From a virus (Duplodnaviria > Caudoviricetes), in IMG/VR virus record IMGVR_UViG_3300048599_000202, positions 1-24,682 of that record: a DNA stretch of 24,682 nucleotides. One strand, given 5' to 3'. A program made the position numbers and the translations under genes. Positions 23,916 through 24,682 of this stretch are shown in pieces; the first letter of the stretch is position 1, and the number at the start of each line of letters is the position of its first letter. The notes beneath the pieces are model-generated. The model was given only the letters and a program-made list of their open reading frames with translations, made no database searches and was not told where the DNA came from.

Positions 23916-24344
23916 GTGTCCACCACCCTCGGAATGCCCAGCCCGGCCGATGCGCGCGCCAAGCTCAATACGCCACGCGAGCACCAGGCGGCCGATGTCG
24001 ACCGCTATTTTCTGATCTGGCGAGATCGAAAGCTTGGCACCGGCGTCCTCGAAATGAACGAGGATGTTTCTACCAACCGCGCCGAGATCGTGGCGCTGAT
24101 CGCGACCGGACAGGAAACCGGGATCGACCGCATCTACCGCGGCAACGAGGCGCTCGGCATCTTCGCCAACGTCACACGTGACGTCGCCGACGACGTTCTC
24201 CAGCACTGCATCAACGAGGAGATCGCGCTTTCCTCCGACCTGCGGGGCTGGCTGCACGAGCATGTCGGCATCCGGGCCGTCGAGGATGCGATCGAGGAGT
24301 ACCCGTACCTCGACGACGATTATCACGCGGGGTGGAATCGATGA
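23916..24344 (+). CDS. Hypothetical early protein
   Basis: GGAG-8nt-GTG at 23916, downstream of the PL-like promoter; acidic. Confidence 0.7.
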   Translation: MSTTLGMPSPADARAKLNTPREHQAADVDRYFLIWRDRKLGTGVLEMNEDVSTNRAEIVALIATGQETGIDRIYRGNEALGIFANVTRDVADDVLQHCINEEIALSSDLRGWLHEHVGIRAVEDAIEEYPYLDDDYHAGWNR

Positions 24345-24682
24345 CGGGCTCCACCTTCAAGCACCTGTTCGGCGGCTGGCACGAGGCCGAGGCCCGCCGC
24401 TGGACCAATCCCGACGGCTCGGAAGGCGGCATCGTGGCGGTCTCGGCGAGCGTCGAGCCGGCCGTCACCCTGCCCGCCACCGTCGAGGTGTGGCCGCACG
24501 CGAAGATTATCGGCGACCGCGCCTCGATCGGCGACGGCGCCTCGATCGGCGACGGCGCCTCGATCGGCGACCGCGCCTCGATCGGTTACGGCGCCTCGAT
24601 CGGCAACGACGCCTCGATCGGCGACGGCGCCTCGATCGGCGACGACGCCTCGATCGGCGACCGCGCCTCGATCGGTTACGGC
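24341..24682 (+). CDS. Hexapeptide-repeat (left-handed beta-helix-like) protein, partial
   Basis: ATGA-coupled; MTGSTFKHLFGGWHEAEARRWTNPDGSEGGIVAVSASV... then (IGxxAS)n; runs off the window. Confidence 0.85.
   Translation, partial: MTGSTFKHLFGGWHEAEARRWTNPDGSEGGIVAVSASVEPAVTLPATVEVWPHAKIIGDRASIGDGASIGDGASIGDRASIGYGASIGNDASIGDGASIGDDASIGDRASIGYG
24509..24682 (+). repeat. 18-bp coding tandem repeat, 9 full copies plus 1 partial
   Basis: Consensus ATCGGC-NAC-NNC-GCCTCG. Confidence 0.95.

Larger units (their letters stand above)
1..24682. mobile_element. Temperate podovirus-like prophage/phage, internal segment (both ends outside the window)
   Basis: Contiguous immunity, replication, late-control, packaging, head, fibre and lysis modules; many ATGA/TGATG gene overlaps; no host genes seen. 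Confidence 0.95.

Noticed and set aside
24509-24682. Possible CRISPR array
   Set aside because: Head-to-tail 18-bp units without spacers, in frame within a CDS; no cas genes.
1-24682. tRNA, integrase or att sites
   Set aside because: No cloverleaf, recombinase motif or phage-host junction recognised in this window.

Overview
GC-rich (about 65% in the structural genes) internal segment of a temperate, podovirus-like prophage or phage. The host is most likely an alphaproteobacterium (inferred from GC content and gene families). From right to left the window holds: a lambda-like switch (early operon with an 18-bp hexapeptide-repeat gene, a short cI with a coupled lipoprotein, cro, a cII-like HTH, and GTGCA-N5-TGCAC operators); a replication-initiator-like gene; a Q-position regulator with a promoter-short leader-terminator unit; metallopeptidase; DUF2280 terS; terL; P22-like portal; scaffold; N4-gp56-type major capsid protein; decoration and adaptor genes; a multi-gene fibre/lectin module; a holin-SAR endolysin-overlapping spanin cassette; and the start of a tailspike. 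No integrase, att site, tRNA, CRISPR or reverse transcriptase is visible. The most notable unexplained signals are: an iteron-like cassette resembling the missing middle of the rep gene, located about 1.8 kb away from it; an unannotated 27-aa K/R-rich peptide gene with its own RBS and terminator; an antisense gene inside the cro-cII interval; three paralogous virion-anchor domains; and a structured scaffold leader. All family assignments come from motif recognition only, with no database search.
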